Assembly (NCBI GenBank): GCA_963780225.1 | Contig: CAWAAX010000009.1 | Span: 96,001-160,000 of the forward strand | Direction of reading: 5' to 3' | Source of the DNA: an uncultured bacterium | Lineage (GTDB): Bacteria; Edwardsbacteria; AC1; EtOH8 | DNA: 64,000 bases | Shown: positions 10,061 to 18,911 of the stretch, piece after piece | How the letters are laid out: each line of letters begins with the position of its first letter | Numbering within the stretch: position 1 is the stretch's first letter | Made by a program: the position numbers and the translations under genes | Notes under the pieces: model-generated | Told to the model about the DNA's origin: nothing | Database searches by the model: none | Seen by the model: only the letters and a program-made list of their open reading frames with translations

Positions 10061-11395
10061 ATGCTTTCTTGGCTGTGGCTGTTGGCCATACCTTTCCTGG
10101 CCGGTATATTTCTGGCCTCTCAGACGCTGGTGATTAAAATTGCCGGCGCCGGCGGAATGCTTTTGCTTTTTGGCTGGGGAGCCTGGCTTTATTTTAAATT
10201 GTCCCGCCAACAATCCCAGTCCGAACAGGCCTTAAATGAGCTGGCCTTGTTGAAAGATGACGGCGGGCGCCAAAAGCTTCAGTTCCAGGAAATGGTCCGC
10301 CAGAAGGGAAAACTGGAGGAGTCACGGAAAGACCTGGACCGCCGGCTGCAGGAGATCAAGACCGTCTGGGACAGCCTGCCTGCCGGTCTGCTGTTGATCA
10401 ATAAGCAAGAAGGCAAGGTTCTTTCCATGAACTCGGAGGCCGAAAGGATTACAGGCTTTCGGGCCATTGAAATAGTGGGCCGGAGCTGGGAGCAAACCTT
10501 GACCTCTCCCCAAAATCCGTTTCAGGATAATCCCCGGATCCAGGCCATAAAGGATAGGGATCCGGCCGAAATAGAACAGGATAAAATAATCTTAAAGGAC
10601 GGAACCGAGTTGGAGGTACATTCCCGGTTGTGGAATCTGCCAGGCGGCCAGCGGATCGGATGGATGTTCTACCCCAAGGGCCAGGCCATGGACTACAATC
10701 AGTTGCGGGAGGAATTCATCACCAACATATCCCACGAGCTGCGGACTCCGTTGACGGTGATCAAGGGCTATGCCGAGATACTTTACGAAGACGCCAAATC
10801 CAGCGGACACGAACAGGCCGACCTGATGAAAGTGATAGTGGACGAGGGAGACCGGCTGGCCGGACTGCTGGATTCCATCATCAATTTCCGGCAGGCCAGT
10901 TCCGGGATGCTGGGCCTGCGCCAGGAAAAGGTGGATATCATTATCCTGCTTAATACGGTGATTCACGACCTGGAGCCCAAGTCCGCCAAAAAGTCCATCA
11001 AGATCATTAAAAAGATTCCGGCTACTTTGGCCCCTTCCCGGGGGGATTTCAATGCCCTGCGTTTTGCCTTCAGCAACATTTTGGATAATGCCGTAAAATT
11101 CAACAGCCAGGGCGGCAGCGTAACGGTGGAAACCGGAGGCTGGCGGCTGGAGGACGGGATGTGGAAGATGCAGGTCCACATCAGCGATACCGGAGCGGGG
11201 ATCGCTCCCGAAGTGATGCCGCACATCTTCGAAAAATTCTACCGCACCGACCAGAAGGTGCACACCATCCAGGGGACGGGGATCGGGCTTTCCTTGACCA
11301 AGGAAATATTGGAGACCCACGGCGGCAACATAGCGGTGGAAAGCGCCGAGGGCAAGGGGACCAAGGTCACGGTCAGCCTGCTGATGTCGGAGTGA
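10061..11395 (+). CDS. Membrane PAS sensor histidine kinase
   Basis: N-terminal TM helices; SHELRTPL, NILDNAVKF, GTGIGL. Confidence 0.9.
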   Translation: MLSWLWLLAIPFLAGIFLASQTLVIKIAGAGGMLLLFGWGAWLYFKLSRQQSQSEQALNELALLKDDGGRQKLQFQEMVRQKGKLEESRKDLDRRLQEIKTVWDSLPAGLLLINKQEGKVLSMNSEAERITGFRAIEIVGRSWEQTLTSPQNPFQDNPRIQAIKDRDPAEIEQDKIILKDGTELEVHSRLWNLPGGQRIGWMFYPKGQAMDYNQLREEFITNISHELRTPLTVIKGYAEILYEDAKSSGHEQADLMKVIVDEGDRLAGLLDSIINFRQASSGMLGLRQEKVDIIILLNTVIHDLEPKSAKKSIKIIKKIPATLAPSRGDFNALRFAFSNILDNAVKFNSQGGSVTVETGGWRLEDGMWKMQVHISDTGAGIAPEVMPHIFEKFYRTDQKVHTIQGTGIGLSLTKEILETHGGNIAVESAEGKGTKVTVSLLMSE

Positions 11396-11422
11396 GAGAC
11401 CGCCCACTAAAACACACGAAAA

Positions 11423-13192
11423 ATGGTGGTTGAAATTGAACGGATGGCAGGGAAAGGCATGGGGAATAAATTAACAGCGTCATGCATCAAAAACGGCTGG
11501 TGGCTTTTAGCCGCCGTTTTTTTTATTTTTACTACGGCCCGGGCCGGGGTGGTGATCAACGAGTTCGCCTATTACCTGGACCCGGCCGGCGATACCGGCA
11601 AGGAGTGGATAGAACTCTACAACCCCGACTCCCTGGCCCAGGATCTGTCCGGCTACGATATCTACTGCGGCCGCACCCCTCATTACCTGGTTCCTCCAGG
11701 TTTTGTGCTGGCGGGAAGATCTTTCGCGGTCGTGCATCTCCGGCTGGCCGGGGTCAATACCGCCTCTGACCTTTACGAAGGAACCGCCCCCACCAGCAAC
11801 ATGCCCAACACCAAGGGTTCCCTGGCCATCTTCACTGATTACCTCCGCGGCACCATCGTGGATTTTGTCCAATACGGCGATGACAGTTTGACCTACGAAG
11901 CCACGGCGGGCACTGCGGGCATTTGGACCAGAGGAGATTTTGTGGACACTGCAACCTGCGCCTGGTCGCTGGGATTGGCCACCGACGGCGCGGACCACGA
12001 CACTTCGACTGACTGGGCGGAGTTTTCAAAGCCCACCCCGGGCTACAGCAACAGTCCACAGCTTTACAACATCTCCCTGGAAACTCCATCCACCTCTCCG
12101 CTGGAGATCCCGGCCGGAAGCTCTTTCACCGTCTCTGTTCTGGTTAAGAACCAGGGGGTCAATGCCGCCCGGAATGTTTTGCTGACATTCTATCAGGATG
12201 CCAACGGCGACTCGGTCTGCCAGCCAGGGGAAACCGTGTTCCACCGGGAGCAATGGGATTCTTTATCCGGCGAGCGGACCTGCAGTTTCACCCACGACGC
12301 CCAGCCCGAAGGTGCCTACCAACTGTCGGCATTGGCACTCAGCGACAGTGAAACCGTCCTCTCTAACAACCACCAAGTCCTTGCCTACCTGGCCGGCAGC
12401 CCGTTGGTCATCAACGAGATCATGTACGGCCCCTACCCCGGCCAGCCGGAGTGGGTGGAGCTTTACAACCGCTCCGGAAGTTCAATTGATGTTTGGAACT
12501 GGACATTTGAGGATGCCACGGTTTCTCCTGAAAATATTACCACTGCCCACCGGACCATCCTGCCGGGCGAGTATCTGCTGTTAGCCCCGGATACTTCCTA
12601 TTTTAACAGTCCCGGTCCCAAGATAGAGCTGAGCGGCTGGCCGGCCCTGAATGGAGAAGGAGGCGACATCGTTTGCCTGCGGGATCCAAGAGGCGCAGCG
12701 GCGGACCGGGTGCAATACCAGGACACCTGGGGCGGCGGGGGAGGCCGGTCGCTGGAAAAGATAAATCCCTGCCTGCTGAGCCAGGAGGCGGCCAACTGGG
12801 GAGGCTGCGTGGCCTCCAGCGGGTCCACCCCCGGCCGGCAGAACAGCATCTACATAGAAAAGCTGGAAACCTCGGCCGACCTGACCCTCTCGCCCAACCC
12901 CTTCTCGCCGGACGGCGACGGTTTTGAGGACCATGTCCTGATCGGGTTTGATCTCGCCTGGACCAGGGCGGTAGTGAACATCAAGATATTCGACCGGCTG
13001 GGGCGGCTGTTGAAGAACCTGGCGGAACAGCAGCCCTTCGGAGCTTCGGGAACAGTGGTCTGGGACGGCCGGGACGGCGGGGGGCGGATGTGCCCGATGG
13101 GGGTGTACATCGTGCTGCTGGAGGCCAGGGACGCCAATGGCTCCGGCTCGGTGAAGAAGAAACAGGCCGTGGCTTTGGCAAAGAAACTATGA
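11423..13192 (+). CDS. Secreted lamin-tail-domain protein with FlgD-Ig/T9SS-like C-terminal domain (start may be slightly downstream)
   Basis: Two VINE...EWxELYN domains; C-terminal SPNPFSPDGDG...IFDRLGR...WDG...GVYIV. Confidence 0.8.
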   Translation: MVVEIERMAGKGMGNKLTASCIKNGWWLLAAVFFIFTTARAGVVINEFAYYLDPAGDTGKEWIELYNPDSLAQDLSGYDIYCGRTPHYLVPPGFVLAGRSFAVVHLRLAGVNTASDLYEGTAPTSNMPNTKGSLAIFTDYLRGTIVDFVQYGDDSLTYEATAGTAGIWTRGDFVDTATCAWSLGLATDGADHDTSTDWAEFSKPTPGYSNSPQLYNISLETPSTSPLEIPAGSSFTVSVLVKNQGVNAARNVLLTFYQDANGDSVCQPGETVFHREQWDSLSGERTCSFTHDAQPEGAYQLSALALSDSETVLSNNHQVLAYLAGSPLVINEIMYGPYPGQPEWVELYNRSGSSIDVWNWTFEDATVSPENITTAHRTILPGEYLLLAPDTSYFNSPGPKIELSGWPALNGEGGDIVCLRDPRGAAADRVQYQDTWGGGGGRSLEKINPCLLSQEAANWGGCVASSGSTPGRQNSIYIEKLETSADLTLSPNPFSPDGDGFEDHVLIGFDLAWTRAVVNIKIFDRLGRLLKNLAEQQPFGASGTVVWDGRDGGGRMCPMGVYIVLLEARDANGSGSVKKKQAVALAKKL

Positions 13193-13195
13193 CCT

Positions 13196-13276
13196 TTACC
13201 ACGACACGGAGAAGAACACCGAATATAATCCTTTAGATAATTCCGTGCATTCCAACATTCCGTGCTTCAGTGGTAA
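13196..13276. repeat. Short imperfect inverted-repeat element
   Basis: TTACCACGACACGGA ... TCCGTGCTTCAGTGGTAA. Confidence 0.55.
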
Positions 13277-13318
13277 GTCTGGTAAACAGCATTATACACT
13301 TCTAAACTCAGGCATAGC

Positions 13319-13828
13319 ATGATCCAAGTTTACACCGGCAACGGCAAGGGCAAGACCACCGCTTCTTTGGGCCTGGCCCTGCGGGCCTCGGGGCAGAAGA
13401 AGAAGGTGATGATGATCCAGTTCATGAAGGGCAAGGTGAACTACGGGGAGCTGAAGTCCGCCAAGCTTCTTCCCGGATTCACCATCAGGCAGTTCGGGCG
13501 GCCGACCTTCGTGGACAAGAAGAACCCGGCCCCGGCCGACATCAAGGGGGCCAAAGAGGCGCTGGACTTTGCGGCCAAAACCATCGGCGCAAAAAAATAC
13601 GACATCATCATATTGGACGAGCTGAACGTGGCCCTGGACTTCAAACTGGTGCAGCTGGACGAGGTGCTGCTGATGCTGGCTTGGGTACCCAGGGATCTGG
13701 AGCTGGTGATTACCGGGCGCAACGCCCATCCGAAAGTGATCAAGCTGGCCGATCTGGTGTCGGAGGTCAGAGAGGTGAAGCATTACTATAAGCAGGGGGT
13801 GCAGGCCCGGAAAGGCATAGAATTTTAA
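13319..13828 (+). CDS. cobO: Cob(I)yrinic acid a,c-diamide adenosyltransferase
   Basis: QVYTGNGKGKTTA, QFMKG, LDELN, TGR, ARKGIEF. Confidence 0.9.
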   Translation: MIQVYTGNGKGKTTASLGLALRASGQKKKVMMIQFMKGKVNYGELKSAKLLPGFTIRQFGRPTFVDKKNPAPADIKGAKEALDFAAKTIGAKKYDIIILDELNVALDFKLVQLDEVLLMLAWVPRDLELVITGRNAHPKVIKLADLVSEVREVKHYYKQGVQARKGIEF

Positions 13829-13943
13829 AATGCATATTTCAAAATGCAAATTTTTAAATTAATCTGCGTAAATCTGTGCAATCTGTGGATAGTTTCGGTT
13901 TCTTTTGACAAATAACTTATAGCACATACAATCAAGGAGCTTT

Positions 13944-15305
13944 ATGGAAGGACTGATCAAAAAGGCCCTGGGCCGGGGCCAGGCCGACTACATAGAGATC
14001 CGGCTGGAGGAGAAGGCCGTCACCAGCGTGGTCTATTCCGGCAAGGAATTGGACAGCGCCGGGGCCAACACCACCAAGGGCGGCAACGTCCGGGCCCTGT
14101 ACAAGGGCGGCTGGGGCTTCGTCTCATTCAACTCGATGGACCAGCTGGAGGCCAAGGTGGCCGAGGCCTGCAAAGCGGCCCGTATGGTGGGCAAGGGCAA
14201 AAGCGTTCTGGCCAAGGTTCCCAGGGTCACGGCAGACATCAAGGCCGCGCTAAAGGACGACCCCCGAAATATCCCCCTGGCCCAGAAGGTGGAGCTGGCC
14301 AAAAAATACAACCATATCATCATCGGGTCCAAGGGGATCATCAGTTCCGGCGTCCGCTACGAGGATGTCTTTAAAAAGCAGACCTTCGCCAACACCGAGG
14401 GCAGCTACATCACCGAGGAGCGGGTATACTGCGGGGCGGCCTTTTCGGCGGTGGCCAAGGACGGGGCCAACGTCCAGCGGGCCCACGACACGGTGGGCGG
14501 CACCGAAGGCTACCACACCGTGCTGAAGCTGGAGAAGAACGCCCAGCAGACCGTCAAGGACGCCCTGGGTCTGCTTAAGGCCGACAAGGTCTCGTCCGGC
14601 AAGTACACGGTGGTGATGGACCCCAAGATGTGCGGGGTGTTCGCCCACGAGGCCTTCGGCCACCTTTCCGAATCGGATTTTATTTCCGAGAACGCCAAAC
14701 TTAAAAAGATGATGACCCTGGGCAGAAAGTTCGGGACAGGCGCCCTGTCCATTGTGGACGACGCCACCATCAAGGGCCAGCGGGGCTACTATTGCTACGA
14801 TGAGGAAGGAGTGGCCTCCCAAAAGAATTTTCTGATCAAGAACGGGATATTAGTGGGACGGCTCCACTCCCGCCAGACCGCAGGCCGGATGAACGAGAAG
14901 GCCACCGGCAGCGCCCGGGCCATTAACTACCAGTTCGGGCCCATCGTCCGGATGGGATGTACCTATATCGAGCCCCGGGACTGCAGTTTTGCCAAGATGA
15001 TCGGGGAGATCAAGAATGGGCTCTATGTGGTCTCGGCTTTAGGCGGGATGACCGAGCTGGAGATGTTCACCTTCTCGGCCATGAAGGCCTACCTGATCAA
15101 GAACGGCAGGCTGGGGCCGATGGTCAGGGACGTGATCCTGACCGGCAACGTCTTTGAGACGCTGAAGAACATCGACGCCATCGGCGACGACCTGGAGCTG
15201 CACGGGGGGCTGGGGGGCTGCGGCAAGGGCGGGCAGATGCCGCTGCCGGTCTCGGACGGCGGCCCGCATATCCGGGTCAAAAACGTAGTGGTGGGAGGGA
15301 AATGA
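13944..15305 (+). CDS. tldD: TldD metalloprotease
   Basis: HEAFGHxSExD motif; GCGKGGQ...VSDGGP. Confidence 0.9.
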   Translation: MEGLIKKALGRGQADYIEIRLEEKAVTSVVYSGKELDSAGANTTKGGNVRALYKGGWGFVSFNSMDQLEAKVAEACKAARMVGKGKSVLAKVPRVTADIKAALKDDPRNIPLAQKVELAKKYNHIIIGSKGIISSGVRYEDVFKKQTFANTEGSYITEERVYCGAAFSAVAKDGANVQRAHDTVGGTEGYHTVLKLEKNAQQTVKDALGLLKADKVSSGKYTVVMDPKMCGVFAHEAFGHLSESDFISENAKLKKMMTLGRKFGTGALSIVDDATIKGQRGYYCYDEEGVASQKNFLIKNGILVGRLHSRQTAGRMNEKATGSARAINYQFGPIVRMGCTYIEPRDCSFAKMIGEIKNGLYVVSALGGMTELEMFTFSAMKAYLIKNGRLGPMVRDVILTGNVFETLKNIDAIGDDLELHGGLGGCGKGGQMPLPVSDGGPHIRVKNVVVGGK

Positions 15306-16630
15306 AGATGAACAAGATAATACAGCAGATACTGGACCTGGCCCAAAAGAAATCCCAGGCGGCCGAGGTCATCCTGGTGGAAGGCAAAGAGAGCCCGGTG
15401 GAGTTCCGCTTTGGCAAACTGCATTCGGTGGAGCACAAGGAGATCAAGGGGGCCGGGCTGCGGTTGATCAAGAACGGCCGGATAGGATTCTCTTCTACCA
15501 CGGATTTTGGCAAGCTTAAGGAACTGGTGGACCATGCGGCGTCGGGCGCCGTCTTCGGCCAGCAGGCGGCTTTTAAGTTCCCGGTGGGATGCAAACCGGC
15601 CGGAGTTAAGACCGCCGATTCCCAAATGGAAAAGTTCACCACCGTAAGGGCGGTGGCCGAGGGCCAAAAGGCTCTGGATCAACTGGCCCAAAAAGCGCCG
15701 GCCCTGAAATGCGACGCCAGCCTTAACAAGAGGGTCTACCATATAACCCTGGCCAACAGCCGGGGATTCTCCGGCGAGTACCGCAAGACCTCCTTCAGCT
15801 ACGACTTGGCCGGGGTGACTGTGCTGGGGGGCAGTCTGCTACAGCTGGGCCAGTCCCGGAACAGCGGACACCTGGCCCTGGCCACCGCCGAGATGACCTC
15901 AAAGATCGCCGAACTATACCAAAATTCCAAGCGGACGGCCAAGCTGTCCTCCGGAAAGATGACGGTGCTGTTCACCCCGGAGGCCATGAGGCTTTTATGG
16001 CTGTCCATAGCTATGGGGGTCAACGGCAAGGCGGAGCAGAAGAAGACCACCCCGCTATTGGGCCGGCTGGGGGAGAAGATGCTGGATCCCCGGATCACCG
16101 TCAGCGACGATCCGCTGTTGCCTTTGGGCCTGTCCTCGGCGCCGTTCGACGACGAGGGGGTCTGCGGGGCCAAACTGGACCTGTTCCACCAGGGAGTGTT
16201 CACCAACTTCATTTACGACCTGCAGACCGCGGGGCTGCTCAATAAAAAGTCTACCGGCCACGGCAACCGCTCCTTCAGCACCCAGCCCTCACCCCATGTC
16301 AGCAACCTGGTGATCTCAGGCGGAAAGACCAAACTGGCCCAGATCATCAAGGGCATGAAATCGGGCCTGATCGTCTACGATCTCTTGGGCGCCGGGCAGA
16401 GCAACATTATGGCCGGGGATTTTTCGGTCAACATCGGACTGGGCTACCAGGTGGAGAAGGGGAAGATCGTGGGCCGGGTGAAGGACGCCATGGTGGCGGG
16501 CAACGTTTATGATATATTGAAGAACAAGGTGCTGGATATCTCGGCCGAGACCGAGGCCTTGGAGCAGAACAATATTGCGGTAAATACTCCGGCCATGCTG
16601 TTTGATGCTATGAACGTGGCGGCGAAATGA
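15302..16630 (+). CDS. pmbA: TldE/PmbA family protein
   Basis: PFDDEG, GDFS; overlaps the tldD stop; lacks HExxxH. Confidence 0.85.
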   Translation: MKMNKIIQQILDLAQKKSQAAEVILVEGKESPVEFRFGKLHSVEHKEIKGAGLRLIKNGRIGFSSTTDFGKLKELVDHAASGAVFGQQAAFKFPVGCKPAGVKTADSQMEKFTTVRAVAEGQKALDQLAQKAPALKCDASLNKRVYHITLANSRGFSGEYRKTSFSYDLAGVTVLGGSLLQLGQSRNSGHLALATAEMTSKIAELYQNSKRTAKLSSGKMTVLFTPEAMRLLWLSIAMGVNGKAEQKKTTPLLGRLGEKMLDPRITVSDDPLLPLGLSSAPFDDEGVCGAKLDLFHQGVFTNFIYDLQTAGLLNKKSTGHGNRSFSTQPSPHVSNLVISGGKTKLAQIIKGMKSGLIVYDLLGAGQSNIMAGDFSVNIGLGYQVEKGKIVGRVKDAMVAGNVYDILKNKVLDISAETEALEQNNIAVNTPAMLFDAMNVAAK

Positions 16631-16676
16631 ACCGGGGCAATTTGCCACAGAGACACTGAGACACAGAGGTATTTCT

Positions 16677-16932
16677 TAACCCCCATCCTCCCGGTAGGAG
16701 AGCCTGCACTGAGGCAGGCAGTTTATTATTACAAGCGAAAGTGGGGAGGCTTGAGCCCCTCTCCTTGCGGGGGTGAGGTCAAAAAAACGGCAGGTCATTA
16801 ATGACCTGCCGTTTTGCGTAGCGCTTGACCTAACCCCCAGCTTCGGACCTCTCCCTTGGTCCACTTTCGTTTGTAATGCAAGGCATCCTTCTCAGTGCAG
16901 GCTCTCCCCGAAGAGGGGAGGAGCAGGGCGTT
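16677..16932. repeat. Long imperfect palindrome
   Basis: Paired arms 16697-16713/16891-16907, 16728-16744/16861-16877 and 16769-16782/16825-16838 around a perfect core. Confidence 0.8.
16784..16815. terminator. Bidirectional terminator, perfect 32-bp palindrome
   Basis: AAAACGGCAGGTCATT-AATGACCTGCCGTTTT between convergent genes. Confidence 0.75.
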
Positions 16933-17004
16933 GCCTGAGCTCTGCTATTATGTTTTGCTTGCCAAGCGGAGGGGTCACACTCCGAAAATACTGTTGACAG
17001 ACTG

Positions 17005-17100
17005 CCCCGCCGGGGGGACCGCCCCCTCGGTCCCCCTCCGTTGCGGAGGGGGAAGTAAGAATCCCTCTCCAATGTGGAGAGGGATAAAGGGAGAGGTCAA
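17005..17100. repeat. REP-like CCCTCTCC/GGAGAGGG hairpins
   Basis: CCCCCTCCGTTGCGGAGGGGG and ATCCCTCTCCAATGTGGAGAGGGAT. Confidence 0.65.
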
Positions 17101-17109
17101 GTACGGAGC

Positions 17110-18774
17110 TTACACTTCATGGTTCTCCAAACTCTTCAACCCGAGTTTCAAGGGTACATATATCACAAATCCCGATATCACCACAAACAGCATCATCGCC
17201 ACCGCCAAAGCGCTTCCGTAACTTATATGGTGCCTCCATTGCCCGGCGGCATACAGATAAGCCGGCCAGGCCAGCACCACCACCGACAGCCCCACGTAAC
17301 CGAGGCCCGCCAAAGCGGCCAGCAGCCCCCCCAGCCCAGAGGCGATCCGGCTGGGGTTCCTTTCCTTAAAATCCGGGAAGATGGCCCCCAGGCCCAGCAC
17401 CAGGCTGGTGATGGCCAGGCACATCAGGCCCAGGGAAAAATGGCTCAACAGCCGCATCTGGGGCAGGGTCTTTAAAATGTTGTTGGAGAGCAAACTCAAG
17501 GTCTCGGTCAGCACTAACGCCACCGCCAGGTTCAGGGTCGACTTCTCCATCAGCAGTCTTTTGGCCGAGACCGGGGCCGAGCGCATCAGCCACATCATGG
17601 GGCCCTCCAGACTTATCACCGGAAACACGAACCGCACCGACAGGGTGGCCAGAATGTACCCGGCAAAGGCGAAGTTCAAAAATGCTATGGCCACCTTCCA
17701 GACCGAAAAGGTGAACAGCAGGGGATAGGTCCGCAAGCCCCCCAGGTAGATCACCAAAAGCGACAGGAAGATCAGACCCTGGGCCCACTGGCCGGGGTCG
17801 CGCATAAAGAGCAAAGCGTCCTTGGCCGCAATGGGCAGGCGGTCGGCCAGTTTGGCGGTCAGCCAAAAACTTTTCCTGAAACCCAGGTCCGGTGAATTGC
17901 CCACTCGTCCGGTCAAAGCGTTATAGTAGATCTTGCCGGCCAGCCAGAAACACAAGCCCCCCCAGAAGGCGGCGGTGATCAAAAGCAACCAGGCCATCTT
18001 CAGCGCTTCGGAAAAACTTTCGGGCAGGGGAGCCAGCACCAGCCGGGACAGCCAGGTGCCGGGCAGAAGCGGCGAGCCCACCAGGGCCAGCTGGGCCAGG
18101 TAATGCTCCAGCTCGGGCATGGTGTCTATCTGGGCGATCACCATCCCCTTGGGCTGGCCGAACAAAAAGAAGGCCCAGGCCGCCAGGGCCAAAAACAGCA
18201 ACAGGAATCCCAGCAGCTGGCGCAGTCCCATTTTGGGAAAGAGTTTTATCAGCACCAGGAACGAGGCCACCGCCAGAAAGGCCGGCAGGGTGGTGAAGAC
18301 CACAAGAGAGATAAGATAGAACCCCAGGGCAAAGACGCTCTGGTGCCGGGCCGCGGTCAGCGCCGCCAGCAGGGGCAGTCCCATTATCAAAGTGGCCCAG
18401 GTGCTGAAGAAAAAGTTCTGTAGGAAGCGGTAGCTGAACAGCTTGGAGGGGTCCATGGGGGTGGCCAGCAGGTAGTCCACCTCCGGGGAATAGTACAGGG
18501 TGGAGAGCGAGGTGATCAGGTTGCTGAGGAATAGCATCAAAAAGAAGGTCAGAAAGGAAGTGGACAACAGCCGGAACAGCAGGGGCCTTCCGATCTCCTC
18601 CAAGGCCAGCAGGTAGGCGAAGACCTTGTAGAACAAAAAATACCCGCCCACCAGGAACACGGCCACGGCGAACAGGTAGGACGAAAGCTGCAGCAGGCGG
18701 CCCCGGCGGGGGGCGAAGATCTGCGAAGCCGAAGCCCGGAACAAGGTAGCTATTAGATAGAGAGATAATGGCAT
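17110..18774 (-). CDS. Putative ABC-2-type exporter permease
   Basis: Many TM helices; DYLLATP, KDALLFMRD, SLEG...LMRSAP motifs; downstream of an ABC ATPase. Confidence 0.8.
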   Translation of the reverse strand: MPLSLYLIATLFRASASQIFAPRRGRLLQLSSYLFAVAVFLVGGYFLFYKVFAYLLALEEIGRPLLFRLLSTSFLTFFLMLFLSNLITSLSTLYYSPEVDYLLATPMDPSKLFSYRFLQNFFFSTWATLIMGLPLLAALTAARHQSVFALGFYLISLVVFTTLPAFLAVASFLVLIKLFPKMGLRQLLGFLLLFLALAAWAFFLFGQPKGMVIAQIDTMPELEHYLAQLALVGSPLLPGTWLSRLVLAPLPESFSEALKMAWLLLITAAFWGGLCFWLAGKIYYNALTGRVGNSPDLGFRKSFWLTAKLADRLPIAAKDALLFMRDPGQWAQGLIFLSLLVIYLGGLRTYPLLFTFSVWKVAIAFLNFAFAGYILATLSVRFVFPVISLEGPMMWLMRSAPVSAKRLLMEKSTLNLAVALVLTETLSLLSNNILKTLPQMRLLSHFSLGLMCLAITSLVLGLGAIFPDFKERNPSRIASGLGGLLAALAGLGYVGLSVVVLAWPAYLYAAGQWRHHISYGSALAVAMMLFVVISGFVIYVPLKLGLKSLENHEV

Positions 18775-18782
18775 CTGGATGA

Positions 18783-18905
18783 AAATCCTAAATTCGAATA
18801 TCTAAAGCCTAAACAATTACAAAATTATAAATCCAAAACTGGTGGATTTTGGGAATTTGGTGATTGGTGCTTGTTTAGGGTTTAGTGTTTAGGTATTAGG
18901 GTTTC
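18783..18905. repeat. 7-bp-periodic imperfect inverted-repeat element
   Basis: AAATCCT AAATTCG AATATCT AAAGCCT AAAC ... GTTTAGG GTTTAGT GTTTAGG TATTAGG GTTT. Confidence 0.7.
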
Positions 18906-18911
18906 GTCCGG

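Noticed and set aside
16676..17221. Short ORFs between pmbA and the permease
   Set aside because: They derive from palindromic repeats and show no protein motifs.
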